From NCBI GenBank assembly GCA_026393905.1, contig JAPKZH010000500.1, forward strand, positions 1-41,015: a stretch of DNA of 41,015 nucleotides. Reading direction: 5' to 3'. Under the pieces are notes generated by a model. The model did not search any database and was not told where the DNA came from. It saw only the letters and a list, made by a program, of their open reading frames with translations. A program made the position numbers and the translations under genes. Positions 17,475-26,795 of this stretch are shown here, piece after piece (within the stretch, counting starts at the first letter, position 1; each line of letters starts with the position of its first letter). The DNA comes from Candidatus Aminicenantes bacterium (GTDB taxonomy: Bacteria; Acidobacteriota; Aminicenantia; Aminicenantales; UBA4085).

Positions 17475-18947
17475 TTAGGCCGCTTCTTCAGCCGAGTGAT
17501 AGGCCACCAGTTTTAGCGAGATGTCCATCCCGGTGATAGCGATATGAGGCCTGAACTCGGCATCGATCTGGAAGAATCCGGGTTTTTCCTCCAGGGGCTT
17601 GACTGTCAGCTGAAAAGACCGCAGAGGCCGTTCGGCAATGACGTTTTCTGGAGCGCTGGGCTGGTCGGAGGTAATGGTTTTCAGCCAATTCGACAAATCC
17701 TCCTGGATCTCCCCCGCATTCTTATTGGCCCCGACAAACCGAAGCTGGCGGTACTTCAGATAGTGAGCAATCCGGGTAACAAGGAACGTGTATTGGAGTC
17801 TGGCTCCAACAGCATAATTGGCTGTCGCCTGAGGATCATTCTTGATAAGCTTCGGCCTCTGGACGGAGGGAACCTCGAAGAAACAGGCATAATCCGTCCT
17901 CTCCCAGTGGGCCAGCGGAATGAAGCCGAGCTCGGCCAGCTCATAGTCTTTAGCCTGTCCGACAGATGATTCGACGGGGACTTTGAGCTTTGTCTGGCCG
18001 TGTTCTTCGTAGGTCGGAGTCGGCAGATTTTTGACAATGCCCCCGGAATCGACCCCGACCAGTTTGACGCTCCAGCCCCAATTTTCAAAGCTCCTGACCA
18101 TGTTGGAGGCCAGGGCAAATGAGGCACTGCACCAGAGGCTGTTGTCCCGGCCTTCTTTGTAGATTCCTTCGCTGTAATTGAAATTCTTGGTCGGTTCGTC
18201 TTTAGGGCTGTAAGGGAGCCTGCCCAGGAATCGAGGAAGGGCCAGGCCGACATATTTGGAACGATCATCGTCGCGGAAGGCCCGCCAGGCGGTGTATTCG
18301 GCGCTGTCATTAATCTGTTCCTTAAGGAAACGGTTGTTCATGACATCCACAAAATTTTTCTCTCCAAAAAACTGGGAGCTGGAATTCGCGATGAACGGCA
18401 ACTGAGCGCTTTCTCCGAGGATCGCCAGATGCTGCATTAATTTGATGTCTTGGGCCGTGTTGTCAAACTGGAAATCGGAAACGATGGAGGTGTAAGCATG
18501 CCCGCCGACTTTGTCATAAGCCCCCCAGTAGATATGGTGCCAGAGGCCTGAATCTTTCTCGTATCCTTCGCCCATGGCGGCCTCGTTGAGGTCCTCGTAC
18601 AGTTCCTCTTTCGAGCAGTCGAGAAGCTCGAACTTAATAGCCTTGCTGAATTCCGTGTTCTGAACGAGAAAATGCAGGCCGCGCCAGGTCGATTCCAGCT
18701 CCTGAAATTCTTTATGATGGAGAATCTCATCCATCTGGGCGCTCATGACCTTATCGATCTCGCCGATATAGGAATCGATCAGGGCACCGCCGACCCGGAA
18801 GACTTCGGCTTCCTTCCCGATCCGAGTGATGAGCTCCGCGACGGCGCTTTTTTTCTCTTCCGTATCCAGCATCGTGATCAGGCCTTCGACGGCGCCGACC
18901 TCGACTTCCTGGACGGTTCCTTTTTCTTTCTCTTTTTCTTTTTCCAT
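17475..18947 (-). CDS. tssC: T6SS contractile sheath large subunit TssC (VipB)
   Basis: 490 aa with VipB/EvpB-family sequence throughout. GAGGAGG SD. The N-terminus carries a low-complexity MEKEKEKEKG. Confidence 0.95.
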   Translation of the reverse strand: MEKEKEKEKGTVQEVEVGAVEGLITMLDTEEKKSAVAELITRIGKEAEVFRVGGALIDSYIGEIDKVMSAQMDEILHHKEFQELESTWRGLHFLVQNTEFSKAIKFELLDCSKEELYEDLNEAAMGEGYEKDSGLWHHIYWGAYDKVGGHAYTSIVSDFQFDNTAQDIKLMQHLAILGESAQLPFIANSSSQFFGEKNFVDVMNNRFLKEQINDSAEYTAWRAFRDDDRSKYVGLALPRFLGRLPYSPKDEPTKNFNYSEGIYKEGRDNSLWCSASFALASNMVRSFENWGWSVKLVGVDSGGIVKNLPTPTYEEHGQTKLKVPVESSVGQAKDYELAELGFIPLAHWERTDYACFFEVPSVQRPKLIKNDPQATANYAVGARLQYTFLVTRIAHYLKYRQLRFVGANKNAGEIQEDLSNWLKTITSDQPSAPENVIAERPLRSFQLTVKPLEEKPGFFQIDAEFRPHIAITGMDISLKLVAYHSAEEAA

Positions 18948-18985
18948 TTTAGACCTCCTCAGATCCCTTCATTGTCTCCGGACCT

Positions 18986-19510
18986 TCACGTCTTGGCCTT
19001 TTGCTTCTTGGCCTCAGCCTCACCGGGGGCCAGCTTTGAGATGAGTTCATCCACACTGCCGGCTCCCTCTTTGAGGACGGCTTCGATGGCTTTCCGGAAC
19101 TTCACGTCCTTAAGGACCTGGAGCTTGAGCTGTTTGAGTTTCTCCCGGGCCTCCAGAAGACCTTTTAAGGGCTCCACTTTGTGGACGATCTGATCCGGAT
19201 GAAAATCTTTCATCTCCTTGAAGTCCAGGTTGACTTCCATCTCCGCCGTCGGGTCCTCGGAAAGCTTGTTGGGGACCGACATCTTGATTTTGGGATTGAT
19301 ATCCTTTAGGACCTTTTCAAAATCTCCCTTCCGGGCGATCGTCCTGAGCCGCCGATCTTTGACCGCTCCTTGGCTCCCCGCCTCACTCCGGCTCAGGTTG
19401 CCGGGGATGAGAAGACGATAATCGAGCTCAACGCTTTCCTTGGCATCCGAACTGGGGAGGATGGAGACCTTAACCCGGGTGCCGATTTTAGGCGCGATTG
19501 GTCTTGACAT
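18986..19510 (-). CDS. tssB: T6SS contractile sheath small subunit TssB (VipA)
   Basis: 174 aa, VipA-like (SVELDYRLLIPGNLS...HPDQIVHKVEPLKGLLEAREKL). Located immediately upstream of tssC. Confidence 0.93.
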   Translation of the reverse strand: MSRPIAPKIGTRVKVSILPSSDAKESVELDYRLLIPGNLSRSEAGSQGAVKDRRLRTIARKGDFEKVLKDINPKIKMSVPNKLSEDPTAEMEVNLDFKEMKDFHPDQIVHKVEPLKGLLEAREKLKQLKLQVLKDVKFRKAIEAVLKEGAGSVDELISKLAPGEAEAKKQKAKT

Positions 19511-19513
19511 GAT

Positions 19514-21190
19514 TCATTCTCCTTTTTTTGGTGTCAGGCTCGCCAGCTTGAGAGCCAGCGATCCGTCATAATTTCCGATTTTTATAAAGAGAATCTTCTG
19601 CTGTTTCTCCAGCGAAGCCTGTTGCTCGGAGTCCGGTTTGGCCTGGAGGAGTTTTTGGTTGACCAGAAAGGTGGACTGCCAGGCTGCCAAACAGAGAGCC
19701 GGCTCCCATTCGGCGAGCTGGTAAGCTTCGATCTGTTCCGACAGGCGGTCGAGATGGATCTTGGCGAGAGCGTGTTGCTTGGCCGCAAGGCAAAAATTGG
19801 CAAGATTCAACAGACAGAGAAACCGCCCCTTCCGACGTGTTTCGCCCGATATACTCTGTTGAAACGCCCGAAGATTTTTCTCAAAGTTCTTGGGGAGTTC
19901 TGAGCAGGCCCTTTCGTATTCCTTATTGAGGGGCTCATAATCCTCTCCGAGAATCGGAGGAAGCAGGATCGCCTCTTGCGTTTTCTTTGAACGGGGCGTG
20001 ATCTCGACTTCGATCCATCGGGCCGCCTCCTCGTCGACAAAGGGCGTCTGATTGCTAAATTTCAACCGGCACAAATCGGGAAAACGTTCGAGGAGGTTGG
20101 ACAGCTGAGACCTGATTTCTTCCGCGGCCGCCGCGGCTCGTCCTCCCTTTTGATCCAAGGCGAAACACAGATGCTTTTGGCCCCTCAGCCAGAATTTGAA
20201 CCCTGTCTCTTCATCAAGAAAGTTGGACTCGATGACCGGGATCAGCTTGTCCCATTCCCTATTGGCCAGCCATTCCTGAAACTTGTTCTGGATGGCGGAA
20301 TCAGGCGAACCAACCTGAGTGACAGAATTTTCCTCAGGAGGGAGGGCCATTCTTCCCCAAACAAGGGCCCGGGACAGGGCGAAGAGATAGGGCTCACATC
20401 GTTTTACCTCATCTTTTTCTTCCTGGGAAAGGTATCTCAGCGCTTTCTTGATAGCAATCAGGGCTTCCTTTTCTGAAGCGAGAACCAGATCCCTTGCGCT
20501 TGTGCCTGTCGGAGCAAAAGGCTTTTTGGCCGCTTCTTCTCCGGCAGCCGTTTTTGCTAAGGGGGGCGGCTGTCTTTCCGGTCCTCGGGCGGGCACCGGC
20601 TTTTCCTGGGGAGAGCCCTTGGCCAGGACTTCTTGGGCAGTTTCCTTCAACGTCCCCAGCACCTTGAAAAAATCTTTGAATTCAGGGACATTCCCAGGAT
20701 ACTGATTTTTCGCTTCTGAAACGAAAGCCTCAAAATTCTGAACGATCTCCTGAACGAGAGGGGCATTTTCCCGGCTGATTTTTTCCGCCTCGATCAGCTT
20801 GATCATGCGGCTCGAATTCAGGTACTGGAGAGCCCTTTTCCGGTGAAGAGGGTTCACAGGGAACAGCCCCGGTCCGTACTTTTTCAATAAGCCCGTGAGC
20901 AGGAGGATCCCGTTCTGGAGGCCGGCCATTTTATCCATCCGGAACCAGGCAAAACAAAGCCATGAGGCGACTCGAAGATCTTTGCATTTTTCTTTGAGGA
21001 TTTGTGTCGCCAGATCGGCGCAAATTCCATAGCTGGGGTTGGCTTTCCCGATTTCCAGATCTAGCTTGAAATAGCTCTCTTCCGCGGCGGCGTCCCGGCC
21101 GGTCGGAGAATCTGAAGAAACTGGGTCGAGCAGTTCCGTCACGTTATCGGGAATCGAGGATTCAACCAATCTTGTCAGTTCCCCTGGCAT
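19514..21190 (-). CDS. tssA: T6SS protein TssA (ImpA N-terminal domain family)
   Basis: 558 aa. ImpA_N-type N-terminus (PVSSDSPTGRDAAAEESYFKLDLEI), a Pro/Ala-rich linker, and a C-terminal helical domain. Its stop lies 3 nt before the tssB ATG. Confidence 0.85.
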   Translation of the reverse strand: MPGELTRLVESSIPDNVTELLDPVSSDSPTGRDAAAEESYFKLDLEIGKANPSYGICADLATQILKEKCKDLRVASWLCFAWFRMDKMAGLQNGILLLTGLLKKYGPGLFPVNPLHRKRALQYLNSSRMIKLIEAEKISRENAPLVQEIVQNFEAFVSEAKNQYPGNVPEFKDFFKVLGTLKETAQEVLAKGSPQEKPVPARGPERQPPPLAKTAAGEEAAKKPFAPTGTSARDLVLASEKEALIAIKKALRYLSQEEKDEVKRCEPYLFALSRALVWGRMALPPEENSVTQVGSPDSAIQNKFQEWLANREWDKLIPVIESNFLDEETGFKFWLRGQKHLCFALDQKGGRAAAAAEEIRSQLSNLLERFPDLCRLKFSNQTPFVDEEAARWIEVEITPRSKKTQEAILLPPILGEDYEPLNKEYERACSELPKNFEKNLRAFQQSISGETRRKGRFLCLLNLANFCLAAKQHALAKIHLDRLSEQIEAYQLAEWEPALCLAAWQSTFLVNQKLLQAKPDSEQQASLEKQQKILFIKIGNYDGSLALKLASLTPKKGE

Positions 21191-21339
21191 GTCTCATCCG
21201 GACCTTTTCGATTTCCACTCTCGGATCTCTATCTTGTTCAGGAGCGCTCCCGGAATCACAATCCGGGCAACCCTGAACACTTCGCGTTTTGGAATTGTGA
21301 CCTGCTGACTTTTTACTATATCGGAATTCTCCCTCGATT

Positions 21340-22341
21340 TCAATCAAAATCTTCTCCCTTGCCCGGGGAATGGCCGATCTCCCTCAAGACATCCGCCAAA
21401 GTCGACTCCCGGCTCGCAAAAAGCTCGCTGTATCCGGCTGGAATTCTGAGGTCTCGCTGAGCCAGCTTCTCCTTCCCTTCCTCATCCAGCTTGCAGACGG
21501 AGTCATTCTCCGCATCAGGGTCGACCAGCTGAATAAAACTCCTGGCCTGGACCTTTCCCGGGAAAAGAAATAGGAAGTCTTTTCCATTTTTTCCGTGGGC
21601 TTTCCAGAATAGATGGGGATGAAAGAGGTTGTCGCCGAGAAGCCGCGAGCACAATTGAACCCAAAAACAGACTTCCTGGATGGAGGAATGCTCTTGCCCG
21701 CTCAAGGGGAATCGAATGCAGACCTTTGAGGACCGGGGCATGTAGGGCGAGTCGGGCTGAAAAATCTCAATGATATTATGGACGACGAGAAATTTCTTTG
21801 GATCGCTAAAGCTGCCGAAAAGGCCGGACCAAAAACTTTCTTGGGTAGTTTCGGCGAGATACTCTCGAAAACTCCGGTGACTGGCCTCTACGTTTTTCTC
21901 AACCGAAGTTCCCAAATCGTCGATTCGTTCCGCCAAATTCGAGAGGGAGAACCCTTCCATCCCCAATTGGATGATTTCTCGGGACTCCTCGAAAAAAAGC
22001 TCGAAAACCAAAGGAATCAGGGGCATCGCCTTCTCATCGAACGTCCTTTTTTCTTCTTTGAGCGCCACACAGAACGGATACTTCCTTTCGCTCCTGTCAC
22101 GGCTGGGTTGTAAGATGCCGACCAGAACGCCCCCTCCCGTATCCTCGGGTGAAAAAATAAAATGGTAGGCTGAAGTTCTTTCATAGGCCTCATTCCAGTT
22201 CCGGCCGAAATGATGAGCGGCCGCATAGAGACCTTCTTGGAGCCACCGGTCCAGAGCCCGGACCTCCGAACCGCTGGCGTTGTGGCGGACGAAATCGCTA
22301 AAGTTCGGAAGCTTCCCGTAAAAAAATGCTGGGCTCGACAT
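21340..22341 (-). CDS. tagF: T6SS-associated regulator TagF (DUF2094 family)
   Basis: The N-terminal FFYGKLPNFSDFVRHNA...LDRWLQEGL matches the TagF signature (GKLP..GDFV). I prefer ATG 22341 (MSSPAFFYGKLP) to the upstream TTG at 22365, which overlaps tssM. Confidence 0.85.
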   Translation of the reverse strand: MSSPAFFYGKLPNFSDFVRHNASGSEVRALDRWLQEGLYAAAHHFGRNWNEAYERTSAYHFIFSPEDTGGGVLVGILQPSRDRSERKYPFCVALKEEKRTFDEKAMPLIPLVFELFFEESREIIQLGMEGFSLSNLAERIDDLGTSVEKNVEASHRSFREYLAETTQESFWSGLFGSFSDPKKFLVVHNIIEIFQPDSPYMPRSSKVCIRFPLSGQEHSSIQEVCFWVQLCSRLLGDNLFHPHLFWKAHGKNGKDFLFLFPGKVQARSFIQLVDPDAENDSVCKLDEEGKEKLAQRDLRIPAGYSELFASRESTLADVLREIGHSPGKGEDFD

Positions 22342-22351
22342 GGTGTTCAGT

Positions 22352-25300
22352 CTAGTTCGTGACAATGTCAGAGATCAAGCTCTCCGGCAATTGCAGACGG
22401 AAGAAATCTTTGGTGCTCCGGAACGGATGAAAAGGACTTTTCGTCTTCAACCTGTACTGGATTCTGACCTGGTTTAGGCCCGGCTGCCCAAATAACCAGC
22501 GGATATTACATTCCGTCGGCGTAACCTCCGTGATATCCGCTTTATCAAGCAGCCGGAACCAGCCCCAGGCTCCGTCAGACTTTATGGGCTCATAGTTATA
22601 CTTTTTGGAATTTTTGGAATTTATCGTTAGGCTGGCGCCCAAGGGGCCTTCGGTGCCGGGCCATGAGAAATCGAAGGGGTCCGGGCGGCCCATCCTGTAA
22701 GGATAAAGCTTTCCGGCGATTTCAAGAGAGATTTGGTCGATTGAATTCTTTATTTCAATTTTCTTCTTTTCATCTTTCACCCCCACAGGCTCGGGAAAAT
22801 CTGCCATAAGATTGAAGCTGACTTTCAGACTGCCGGCCTCAAAAAGAGCCTGCCGGATAGCTTCCGCTTTCTCGAGAGCGTCCACCGCCGGGGGGAAAAG
22901 TGAAAGTCCCTGATCCATCCAGGTGATGGACTTCCATGTATCCAGCTTGACAAACAGTTTGAGTTCTTCATTGATGAATTTTCCGATAATCCCCTCCTTG
23001 GGATCGAAAAACCGGGCAACTTCAGTCATAGGAGCGTCGTCTTTGCCCTGGGGATCAAAGGGATAAAAAGAAGCCAAACTCTGCGTATAGAGCTGACAAA
23101 CATTGTTGCGCCAAACGTCATTCAAACCGTTTTGAACTTCTTTGAGAATGACTCCCCATACGTTCCTGAGGGGCTGTTCAAAGAGCGCCGTTCTAGCCTC
23201 GGCGTCGAAATCGCTCTCCGGCAGCGTCGTATGAATGACCTTAATGGCGTCTGGAAGCTCTCCTACTTGCTTCTCGAGTACGCCCGCAGCGACTTCTTTC
23301 GCTTTGAGGCCTGGGTCACTCTCGATATATTGGAGCTTCTCTTTCAAGGTGGCATACTGCGCAAGCAAAACAGCGAGCTCTTTTGGGCTTTCCTCTTTTC
23401 CCCCCGTCGCCGGGCTCAGACTGTGAAGCTTGGCAAATTTTTCGTTGATCCCCTGAATGAGTTCCTCCTTAGGAGAATCTGGGGACGCCTTGTCCAAGGC
23501 AAATTTTGCAGCCTTCTTTTGAACAGGTTTTTTTAGTATCTTGCTAGATATCTGGCTCGCGCCCTTAAACGCCTTGGCAAATCCCCCTCCCGAGGTTGGC
23601 TCTATCTCGAAGCGAGTCTGCCGAGCCACAGCATCCAGGATAAGTTTTAGGGGAGACTCCTTGGGATCGCTCAAGATCTTCAAAGCTTCTGAAGCCGAAC
23701 TTAAATCTTCAAAGCGAGCATAGCGAATGCTCTGAAGAAACTGCCACCAGTTGCGGGAATACTCCTGGAAATAGAGTTCTCTCAATCCTGCCGACCGCTT
23801 TTTCGGGTCGCGCAGATCAGGGCCCACGGGCTGGGCTTGACCGAGGATCCAGCTTTCCTTTTCCGGAATTTGACTCCAGTCTTCGATGGCCTGCTTGATA
23901 ACATCTTCCCAACCCGCTTTGGTGAAAGATCCCGGAACCTTAAACTCACAGGAAACAAAATCCTGGGGCTGTCCTTTTAAAATCTGGGATAAGGTGAATG
24001 TCTGGGGAAGCTTGGATTGGGCGTCTCTTATGAAGTTCTGGTAGTCATCCTCCAGTTCGATGGGCTTGTTGATCAAGGTCCGAATGGATTGGACAAGATT
24101 CTTATCGTTCTCAAACGGCGACATCCATTCTTTTCCAAAGCTTTGGACAAAATACTCTATCTGATGTTCGACCCGCGGGCTGATCTCTTCGGCGCTTTCG
24201 TTCGAAATTTTCTGGTTGGGAATTCCCATGAGCTCTTTCTTAAGGAAATCTGAATACGAACCATCAAGCCTGGGGCTTTCATCGCCCATAAGCAGGTACG
24301 CTTTGAAGAAGTCCCGGACGGCATAAGCGGGATAATCCTCTCCCCCCCGAAATTTTTTCAAACGGTTTTCTAGCTCATCGTAATAATATTGAATGAAGGG
24401 GCTGCCTTTTCGACAATAAAGTTCACGAGCGGCCTCGAGGACCATGCCGGTCCTGGACATTCCTGAGCGGATGAGGGGATGCCTCATCTCTTTTTGCTCT
24501 AAGCCGACCATCTTCTCCCGGAAGCCATCCAGATGCTTGAGATTTTCAACATAAGAATCCCGCTTCTCCCAGTTTACATCTTTTATCAAAGCGGCCATCC
24601 CCTTCGCGCTTTTCAGGCTGCTCTGACTGCGCACATACCCTTGAGAGACGCCAAAAATGAACGCCCCCAAACAGATGAGCGAACCGAAAATGACGCCGGC
24701 CCGGATTAAGTTTTTTTGTGTGGACGCCCGTGAAGTCCGAGCCACCAGGTTCCGGTCAGGGATAACGATATCGGTAAAAAGCCTTCTGATGAAGTAGCTT
24801 TTTTTCTGGACTTCTGGTTCGCTGATCATCTCCGAAGGCAGATCGAACTGCTTGGCCACGGCCTGGATGACCCGGTCGATCGGAACCCCTTCCTGGGTGC
24901 CGCTGGTGAGGTAAAAGCCGCGAAAAATAGGACCCTCTTGATAGGGGCTGGCCTGAAAGAGCTTCCCGATAAATTGACCGACACTGTCCTTGATCCCGGC
25001 AAATTCCAAGGGAAAAACATACACTCTCCCTCGGCTCTCCCGTTTCGGGGCGAGGCTGAGCCGCTTCAGACGAAAATCATCAAGGGCTTTTACCAGAAGA
25101 TCAAATTCTTGTTCAAAAACCTCGCGGGGGCTGGAGGAACTCACTTCCTCGGGGGATAACGTGCATCCCCATATTTGTTCCCTTTCTGTTCGACTGAGAT
25201 GTTCGAAGTTCTCGACAAACCCCTGGAGAAGGTCGAGTTTGGTGATGACGAGATAAACCGGAAAGCGAACGCCCAGTCGTTGGATGAGCTCGTCGATGCG

Positions 25301-26005
25301 GCGGCGGATGTTCTTGGCATGCCACTCGAGTTCATCGAAGGAGGCTTTGAGGAGATCGGCGATACTCATGCCGATAATGACCCCGTTAATCGGGCTTCGC
25401 CGGCGGTGCTTTTTGAGGATATCCAAGAAAGCCAACCATTCTTCCTTATCCTCGTCCTCCGTGATATACCGTCCGGCCGTATCCAGCAGGATCGCCGAGT
25501 TCGAGAAAAACCAATCGCAGTTGCGGGTTCCGCCCACGCCCCGGATGTCGGAGCCGAAGGAAAATTCCAAGCCTGAATTGATGATCGCCGTGGTCTTGCC
25601 GGCGGCCGGCGGCCCGATGAACATATACCAGGGGAGAGAGTAGAGAGCCGCCCGCCCGCTTCTTCCCCGGCCGAGCTTTGACTTTTTGAGCGATTCAATC
25701 GCGACGAGAAGGTCCCTTTCGAGCTCCTCGACCTCCGCCTTCTTCTCCGGTCTTATCGATCGCTTTTGATCCTCGGCCTGCATCTTGATGGATCGTTCCA
25801 GGGAGGCTGCATCCCGGTTGGCCCGCATCGACTTAAAGAGAAGCAACAGGATACCCCCAAAAAGGATGATCAGGACAGCGAGCAGACGGGTATTCAGCGG
25901 CCATCCGAACCACCGGCCTCCCATCCAGACCAGAATGATGAGCAGAAGAAAAGCAATCCCGGTCAGGATGGGTTTCCGCTTCTGAATTTTTATGATTCCT
26001 TTCAT
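22352..26005 (-). CDS. tssM: T6SS membrane complex protein TssM (IcmF-like)
   Basis: 1217 aa with N-terminal TM segments, Walker A GPPAAGKTTAI and the IcmF-family body. Stop is TAG. Confidence 0.95.
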   Translation of the reverse strand: MKGIIKIQKRKPILTGIAFLLLIILVWMGGRWFGWPLNTRLLAVLIILFGGILLLLFKSMRANRDAASLERSIKMQAEDQKRSIRPEKKAEVEELERDLLVAIESLKKSKLGRGRSGRAALYSLPWYMFIGPPAAGKTTAIINSGLEFSFGSDIRGVGGTRNCDWFFSNSAILLDTAGRYITEDEDKEEWLAFLDILKKHRRRSPINGVIIGMSIADLLKASFDELEWHAKNIRRRIDELIQRLGVRFPVYLVITKLDLLQGFVENFEHLSRTEREQIWGCTLSPEEVSSSSPREVFEQEFDLLVKALDDFRLKRLSLAPKRESRGRVYVFPLEFAGIKDSVGQFIGKLFQASPYQEGPIFRGFYLTSGTQEGVPIDRVIQAVAKQFDLPSEMISEPEVQKKSYFIRRLFTDIVIPDRNLVARTSRASTQKNLIRAGVIFGSLICLGAFIFGVSQGYVRSQSSLKSAKGMAALIKDVNWEKRDSYVENLKHLDGFREKMVGLEQKEMRHPLIRSGMSRTGMVLEAARELYCRKGSPFIQYYYDELENRLKKFRGGEDYPAYAVRDFFKAYLLMGDESPRLDGSYSDFLKKELMGIPNQKISNESAEEISPRVEHQIEYFVQSFGKEWMSPFENDKNLVQSIRTLINKPIELEDDYQNFIRDAQSKLPQTFTLSQILKGQPQDFVSCEFKVPGSFTKAGWEDVIKQAIEDWSQIPEKESWILGQAQPVGPDLRDPKKRSAGLRELYFQEYSRNWWQFLQSIRYARFEDLSSASEALKILSDPKESPLKLILDAVARQTRFEIEPTSGGGFAKAFKGASQISSKILKKPVQKKAAKFALDKASPDSPKEELIQGINEKFAKLHSLSPATGGKEESPKELAVLLAQYATLKEKLQYIESDPGLKAKEVAAGVLEKQVGELPDAIKVIHTTLPESDFDAEARTALFEQPLRNVWGVILKEVQNGLNDVWRNNVCQLYTQSLASFYPFDPQGKDDAPMTEVARFFDPKEGIIGKFINEELKLFVKLDTWKSITWMDQGLSLFPPAVDALEKAEAIRQALFEAGSLKVSFNLMADFPEPVGVKDEKKKIEIKNSIDQISLEIAGKLYPYRMGRPDPFDFSWPGTEGPLGASLTINSKNSKKYNYEPIKSDGAWGWFRLLDKADITEVTPTECNIRWLFGQPGLNQVRIQYRLKTKSPFHPFRSTKDFFRLQLPESLISDIVTN

Positions 26006-26055
26006 GGACGATCTTTCCTTAATTCAAGAATGATATCAGACAGATGGCTTTCTGG

Positions 26056-26790
26056 TCAGAGCGTGTTTTTGAGGATCTGGACGACCTCATCGGCCGACCT
26101 GGAAATCAGGAAGGACATGACGAGATAAAAGAAAAATCCCCCCGCCAGAGCAAAAACTCCAATGATCCAGGGAGGCACTTCCCGGACGACGACATCGACG
26201 ATCTCATCCCTTCTTTGCCCGTGGGGAGAGAGATCATGGACGGGCTTCCTTTGGAGATGCGCGATTTCGGCATAAATGTCTTCGATCAGCTGCCGGATTT
26301 TATCTCGCTCGAGAACTTGATATTTTCCCCGGAATCCAAGAGCGAGGCATAGATAATAAACCCTGAGCAAGCTCAGGTTGTCCATGGGGCGCTGACGCAA
26401 ACGGTCGAGTTTGGTGAAAAATTCTTCTCCGGCATCAAAGCGGTCAAACAACTCAAGCTGAAGAGGCCGGGTCAGCCATTCGTCCTTCTGGTTCCACTCC
26501 GAGGCAATGATGGTTTCATCCAGAAAGGCAACCAAGGCAAACTCGGCCGAGCGAATGTCCGCCTGAGCAAAACCGGTCTTTTGAGCCTCCCGTTCCGTTC
26601 GCTCGAGGAGCTCACGGACGCGCTGCCTAAGAATACCGGGATTCCCAAAGTCGCGGGCTTGTCGCAACTGCATGATCAGCGTCAAGACCGGTCCAAAAAC
26701 TTCAGACAGATCGATCGATATCGGCCTGTCCGGGGCTAGACTTTCGGCGTCTTGTTTTTTCATGGTTTTCCAGTTTTTTTTATTGAGCAT
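26056..26790 (-). CDS. tssL: T6SS membrane complex protein TssL (DotU-like), lacking a peptidoglycan-binding extension
   Basis: 244 aa. The DotU-type cytoplasmic domain includes FALVAFLDETI...LLRVYYLCLALGFRGKY. A single C-terminal TM (WIIGVFALAGGFFFYLVMSFLI) is followed by only ~16 residues. Confidence 0.9.
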   Translation of the reverse strand: MLNKKNWKTMKKQDAESLAPDRPISIDLSEVFGPVLTLIMQLRQARDFGNPGILRQRVRELLERTEREAQKTGFAQADIRSAEFALVAFLDETIIASEWNQKDEWLTRPLQLELFDRFDAGEEFFTKLDRLRQRPMDNLSLLRVYYLCLALGFRGKYQVLERDKIRQLIEDIYAEIAHLQRKPVHDLSPHGQRRDEIVDVVVREVPPWIIGVFALAGGFFFYLVMSFLISRSADEVVQILKNTL

Positions 26791-26795
26791 GCCCT

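Noticed and set aside
18920-18947. A purine/pyrimidine-skewed repeat at the tssC 5' end that encodes MEKEKEKEKG.
   Set aside because: It is a simple low-complexity N-terminal tail of TssC with no evidence of independent function.
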